A stretch of 19,670 nucleotides of DNA from Candidatus Thalassarchaeaceae archaeon (GTDB lineage Archaea > Thermoplasmatota > Poseidoniia > Poseidoniales > Thalassarchaeaceae): positions 1-19,670 of the forward strand of contig JASLKH010000094.1 of assembly GCA_030747675.1 (NCBI GenBank). Direction: 5' to 3'. The position numbers were made by a program, and so were the translations under genes. Below are positions 16,258-19,670 of this stretch, one piece after another. Each line of letters begins with the position of its first letter. Position 1 is the stretch's first letter. Below the pieces are notes generated by a model. It was not told the origin of the DNA. It worked only from the letters and a program-made list of their open reading frames with translations, and made no database searches.

Positions 16258-16884
16258 TTAGCACTGAGCAATCAGTGCTGAAAGTTCTGCTTCATCCAGT
16301 AATCGGAAACCAGATTTCTCAGTAATTACTGACAGATCCATTCCGTTGCCACTGGCAGCATCACGTTGTGCACTAGCGAGTAGTGCTTTCGCAGCAACCT
16401 TGAGGGCTTCCTTTTCACTCATTCCTTTCTTGAATTGATCTTCGAGAACACCATACATGTAAGGTGACCCTGAGCCTGTAGCACAATAATCGTCAGGAAT
16501 GGATCCACCTGCAGAATCGATAGAGTATACGTGGCCACCATCAGCATCCACGCCAGCAATTAGTAACTGAACCCAATGTGGGCGGCCAACTAGAATATTT
16601 GCAGTTAGTGTTGCTGCGCCTTTAACCGTCATTTGACATCCTCTCTTCAACTCAAAGAGGTTCATTTCGGCTGCAAGTGTGCGCGATAATGACTGAGCAT
16701 GGCCAACCAAGCCAGCAGTTGTTAAAGCTAGGTTGTCAGCAATTCGAAACAATTTCTGGACACTCTTATTGGCTACAAAGTGGCCCATGGTCGCCCTATG
16801 ATCCGCTCCAACGACTACGCCGCCGTCAAAGCAAATTCCAATTGTACTTGTTCCAGTCTTGACTGCCTTCATCTCTGCATCCAA
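16258..16884 (-). CDS. psmB: Proteasome beta subunit
   Basis: Propeptide cleavage site KTG/TSTIG, GADHRATMG, TTAGLVGHAQ, ATGSGSPY and RDAASG. The TTG start at 16884 has SD GGAGGCG; alternatives are ATG 16872 and ATG 16965. Confidence 0.96.
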   Translation of the reverse strand: MDAEMKAVKTGTSTIGICFDGGVVVGADHRATMGHFVANKSVQKLFRIADNLALTTAGLVGHAQSLSRTLAAEMNLFELKRGCQMTVKGAATLTANILVGRPHWVQLLIAGVDADGGHVYSIDSAGGSIPDDYCATGSGSPYMYGVLEDQFKKGMSEKEALKVAAKALLASAQRDAASGNGMDLSVITEKSGFRLLDEAELSALIAQC

Positions 16885-17070
16885 ATTATCCGCCTCCAAA
16901 AGTCGCGTGCTACACGTGAGGACATTTGTGCCATTCAGGAGTCCTTTATCAACCTCCCGCCGCATGTCCTATTTGTGCACCACCGAACCCTCTGAGGTCG
17001 TGGAGGTTATTGAACCTATGAAGTCGTACGGGTCCGAGGGTTGAAGGATTGAGACTAGGTGTGAGGTTGT

Positions 17071-17487
17071 ATGGAGGAGGAGTCAGGTGGGCCAAGATGG
17101 ATGGAAATGCCATCAATTTCAGAGGATTTTGAAGGGCCGATTCAACCTTCTGAAGCCTACCATGACCTTGGAGACTTATATCCAGATGCACCAGTCCCAT
17201 CGTTCAGGGGAGATGTCATCATCCATCGAGCCGTGTTGCATGATTCCTCAGGGATCAATCAATTGTTTGATTGGACCGCTTCAGGTGACATCACTATAGT
17301 CGAACTGAAACGATTGATGCACCGTGAAATTGAGTTCGCATCTACAATTTCTCGTCTGCAAAAAATGGTTGAAGGGGAACTTGGGGGTTCATTGGTACAA
17401 ATTGGTGATGAAAGATTGATCATTTTACCCACTGGATTCCAGGGGATGAAGGGGCTTGAAGATGAAGTATTCGCCCCGAATGAGTGA
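17071..17487 (+). CDS. sepF: Archaeal cell division protein SepF-like
   Basis: The C-terminal core SGDITIVELKRL...ISRLQKMVEGELGGSLVQIGDERLIILPTG fits archaeal SepF. It has an acidic flexible N-terminus, SD GTGAGG, and lies upstream of ZPR1. Confidence 0.75.
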   Translation: MEEESGGPRWMEMPSISEDFEGPIQPSEAYHDLGDLYPDAPVPSFRGDVIIHRAVLHDSSGINQLFDWTASGDITIVELKRLMHREIEFASTISRLQKMVEGELGGSLVQIGDERLIILPTGFQGMKGLEDEVFAPNE

Positions 17488-17499
17488 TGAGGTCGGCCC

Positions 17500-18123
17500 A
17501 TGCAGAGTATCATAGATGTTGATTGCATTGTATGCGGGCATTCTGATGGACTCTTAATGCTGGCACATACCGAAGAAATCGCTTACTTCGGAGAGCATAC
17601 TCAAGTCACTTTGTCATGCCCTGGATGTGGATGGAGGCAGACAGATTTCATCCCTGCTGAATCTCGAGAGCCGGCATGTCTTTCCTTCGAAATATCGAGT
17701 TCCGAACACATGTCAATTAGAGTAATTAGGGGCTCAGGCTGCACAGTAAGATTAGTGGAATTGGATCTCGAAGTTCGACCAGGGTCGCAATCTATGGGAT
17801 ATGTTTCCAATATCGAAGGCGTACTCAATCGGTTTCAGGATGTTATCGAAATGGTAGGACGTGAAGCGATTCTCGAAAATGATGATGATGCCGTCGAAGA
17901 AATCTCTGACTTGATGAATAATGTCTCCAAAATTCGCACTGGAGAACTCACTGTAACTCTTGAAATGCTTGACCCTTGTGGACATTCACTCATTCTCTCT
18001 GAAAAAACCAATTCCCGACCATTAACAAGCGAGGAGTTGGGTCAATTACCAGTGGGTCCTGCTGCTGGACTGATGGAAACTGGGGCGGCTCATTCGCGCT
18101 CACAGTCACAAAATGAACAATGA
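17500..18123 (+). CDS. ZPR1 zinc-finger domain protein
   Basis: CIVCG...CPGCGWRQTD, RVIRG, LEVRPG...GYVSNIEGVLNRF and LEMLDPCGHSLI. Confidence 0.92.
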   Translation: MQSIIDVDCIVCGHSDGLLMLAHTEEIAYFGEHTQVTLSCPGCGWRQTDFIPAESREPACLSFEISSSEHMSIRVIRGSGCTVRLVELDLEVRPGSQSMGYVSNIEGVLNRFQDVIEMVGREAILENDDDAVEEISDLMNNVSKIRTGELTVTLEMLDPCGHSLILSEKTNSRPLTSEELGQLPVGPAAGLMETGAAHSRSQSQNEQ

Positions 18124-18773
18124 ACATATTCATTGGACCCATGCAGATGGTGAACAATATGGAACGACGTCCGGCCACTGAAATTTTTTCAGAATGGGCC
18201 GAGAAGGGGCGGGATGAAGGAATGGAAAGTGGTCATGCCCCGTCAGTAGAAGCTATGCTCGAATTAGCACTACCAAAGGTGGAACCTGACTTTTTAGCAA
18301 TTGATGTGGGATGTGGAAACGGATGGGTTTGTAGAAAATTGAAGAAACATAATGATTGCAAGAATGTTGTGGGGATTGATGGTTCAGATGCTATGATTTC
18401 TAAGGCCAATAGTATTGACTCATCGGGCGATTATATACACGCAGACCTACCTGAATGGAAGCCTTCGAGAAAATTTGATTTGATTCATAGCATGGAGTTT
18501 CTCTACTATCTTACAAATCCACTTAATATGCTGGAAACTTTCCATAAAGAATGGCTGACTGATGGTGGAATTCTAGTTGCTGGTGTTGATTATTACCTTG
18601 AGAACAAAAAAAGTCACGACTGGCCTGATGCCCTAAATGTGCACATGACTCAATTGGGAATTGATGAATGGAAAAACGGGATGATTGAAGCAGGATTTTC
18701 GGATGTGGAAATACATCAAGTTGGAAAGAAAGAGGGATTCATTGGGACATTAGTCATGATAGGTCGAAGATAG
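18120..18773 (+). CDS. Class I SAM-dependent methyltransferase
   Basis: Motif I IDVGCGNG, VVGIDGSDAMI, FDLIHSMEFLYY and LTDGGILV. ATGA overlap with ZPR1; the true start may be slightly downstream. Confidence 0.9.
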   Translation: MNIFIGPMQMVNNMERRPATEIFSEWAEKGRDEGMESGHAPSVEAMLELALPKVEPDFLAIDVGCGNGWVCRKLKKHNDCKNVVGIDGSDAMISKANSIDSSGDYIHADLPEWKPSRKFDLIHSMEFLYYLTNPLNMLETFHKEWLTDGGILVAGVDYYLENKKSHDWPDALNVHMTQLGIDEWKNGMIEAGFSDVEIHQVGKKEGFIGTLVMIGRR

Positions 18774-19670
18774 TCAATTCTCTGCCAAAAAATCGGTAAC
18801 TAAATGCGAATTCTGTTCTCTCAATTCACTTAATTCTGTCAACCAATTTGCAGCCTTTTCAATTGTCATTGACTTCAATTCACCACTTAGTAGGTCTCCT
18901 GTAGCATAACTACGGCGAATTTCTTCTAATGTGGCATCATCTTCTTCAAAGAAGAATTTGAGATATTGGAACGCAACGTCAATGTCTGGATTACCACCTA
19001 GGCGGCGGTGCTCCTCGACAGTTGATTGACCTCCTGAAAATGAGCGTTTGAACTTCTTCTCCATCATCTTGATATCTTCATTAAGGAAAATTGTGGTTTC
19101 AGGCATGGAAGATGACATTTTTCCGCCAGTCATACCGACTGCGAATCGGTGATATGTGCTGCTGGGTTGAAGTAAACCAGGACCACCCATACTTCTCTCA
19201 AGTTGTAGTAATGCCATTCGAATAGGATAACGATCTTTTGGTGTAGCAGCAGGCAAATCAACAATGCCATGTTTAGCATCTGCCATGATATCTCCGTAAC
19301 CAACTTCTTGTAGAGAGCGGACTATTCTCGAGAAAACGAGTTTTGTAGTTGCTTTGTCACCTGAAACAATGCTTTGGTTTTCATCCATTATCGATACTGT
19401 GATTCGCAACCCCCCATTCTTTCTTCCATTGACGTTAAACCAATTTGTCTTGCTGGCCAAACCCCTACATAATCGGATATGAGGGTCTTGATCAACACCC
19501 ACTGGAACCACAATTGGTCGGAGACCACCATATTCGTCCAATTGAGGGTGGAGGATATCCCCGGCCTGAACCAATGGAGCCTGGACATGAGCCAAATTTG
19601 TATCACCTTGGAATCCATAAATTGCCTCAAACTCTGAAAGATTGGTCCTTTTCCCAAGTGTGAAACCCAT
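18774..19670 (-). CDS. trpS: Tryptophan--tRNA ligase, 5'-truncated by the window edge
   Basis: QAGDILHPQ, VPVGVDQDPHIRL, KMSKS-type GGKMSSS and HRRLGGNP...LLSGELK. Confidence 0.95.
   Translation of the reverse strand: MGFTLGKRTNLSEFEAIYGFQGDTNLAHVQAPLVQAGDILHPQLDEYGGLRPIVVPVGVDQDPHIRLCRGLASKTNWFNVNGRKNGGLRITVSIMDENQSIVSGDKATTKLVFSRIVRSLQEVGYGDIMADAKHGIVDLPAATPKDRYPIRMALLQLERSMGGPGLLQPSSTYHRFAVGMTGGKMSSSMPETTIFLNEDIKMMEKKFKRSFSGGQSTVEEHRRLGGNPDIDVAFQYLKFFFEEDDATLEEIRRSYATGDLLSGELKSMTIEKAANWLTELSELREQNSHLVTDFLAEN

Noticed and set aside
16885-16965. Long N-terminal extension of psmB as given by the ORF track
   Set aside because: A good SD precedes TTG 16884, archaeal beta propeptides are short, and the extension overlaps promoter-like sequence.
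1-19670. CRISPR arrays, transposases, integrases, tRNA introns, defence systems
   Set aside because: I saw no regularly spaced nucleotide repeats or such protein motifs, and both tRNAs are 74 nt and uninterrupted.

Overview
Archaeal core-genome window, most likely Marine Group II Thermoplasmatota (Ca. Poseidoniales). This taxonomy is inferred from the large Ca-binding membrane-anchored proteins, archaeal AsnRS, and the psmB-aCPSF1 and sepF-ZPR1 pairs. Contents in order: the 3' part of a thrombospondin type-3 repeat membrane protein, a type A RNase P RNA (not in the ORF track), a 1807-aa single-pass surface protein, rpiA, tRNA-Lys(CTT), carbamate kinase, asnS, a small membrane protein, a divergent GT2-like/GT2 pair, a MerT-like protein, tRNA-Pro(TGG), a Zn-ribbon protein, a PdaD-fold protein, a small membrane protein, aCPSF1, psmB, sepF, ZPR1, a methyltransferase and the 3' part of trpS. 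I saw no mobile element or CRISPR array. Best leads: (1) a PdaD homologue that has lost its self-cleavage and catalytic residues; (2) a shared GUCCUCACGU-hairpin-UUUUG element in the leaders of both psmB and aCPSF1, which can sequester the aCPSF1 Shine-Dalgarno; (3) a degenerate GT2 divergent from an intact-looking GT2; (4) a receptor-like giant protein with a cytoplasmic EF-hand; (5) non-canonical TATA-like boxes and a G-quadruplex motif in a bidirectional promoter. All family assignments are by eye and from memory; no searches were run.
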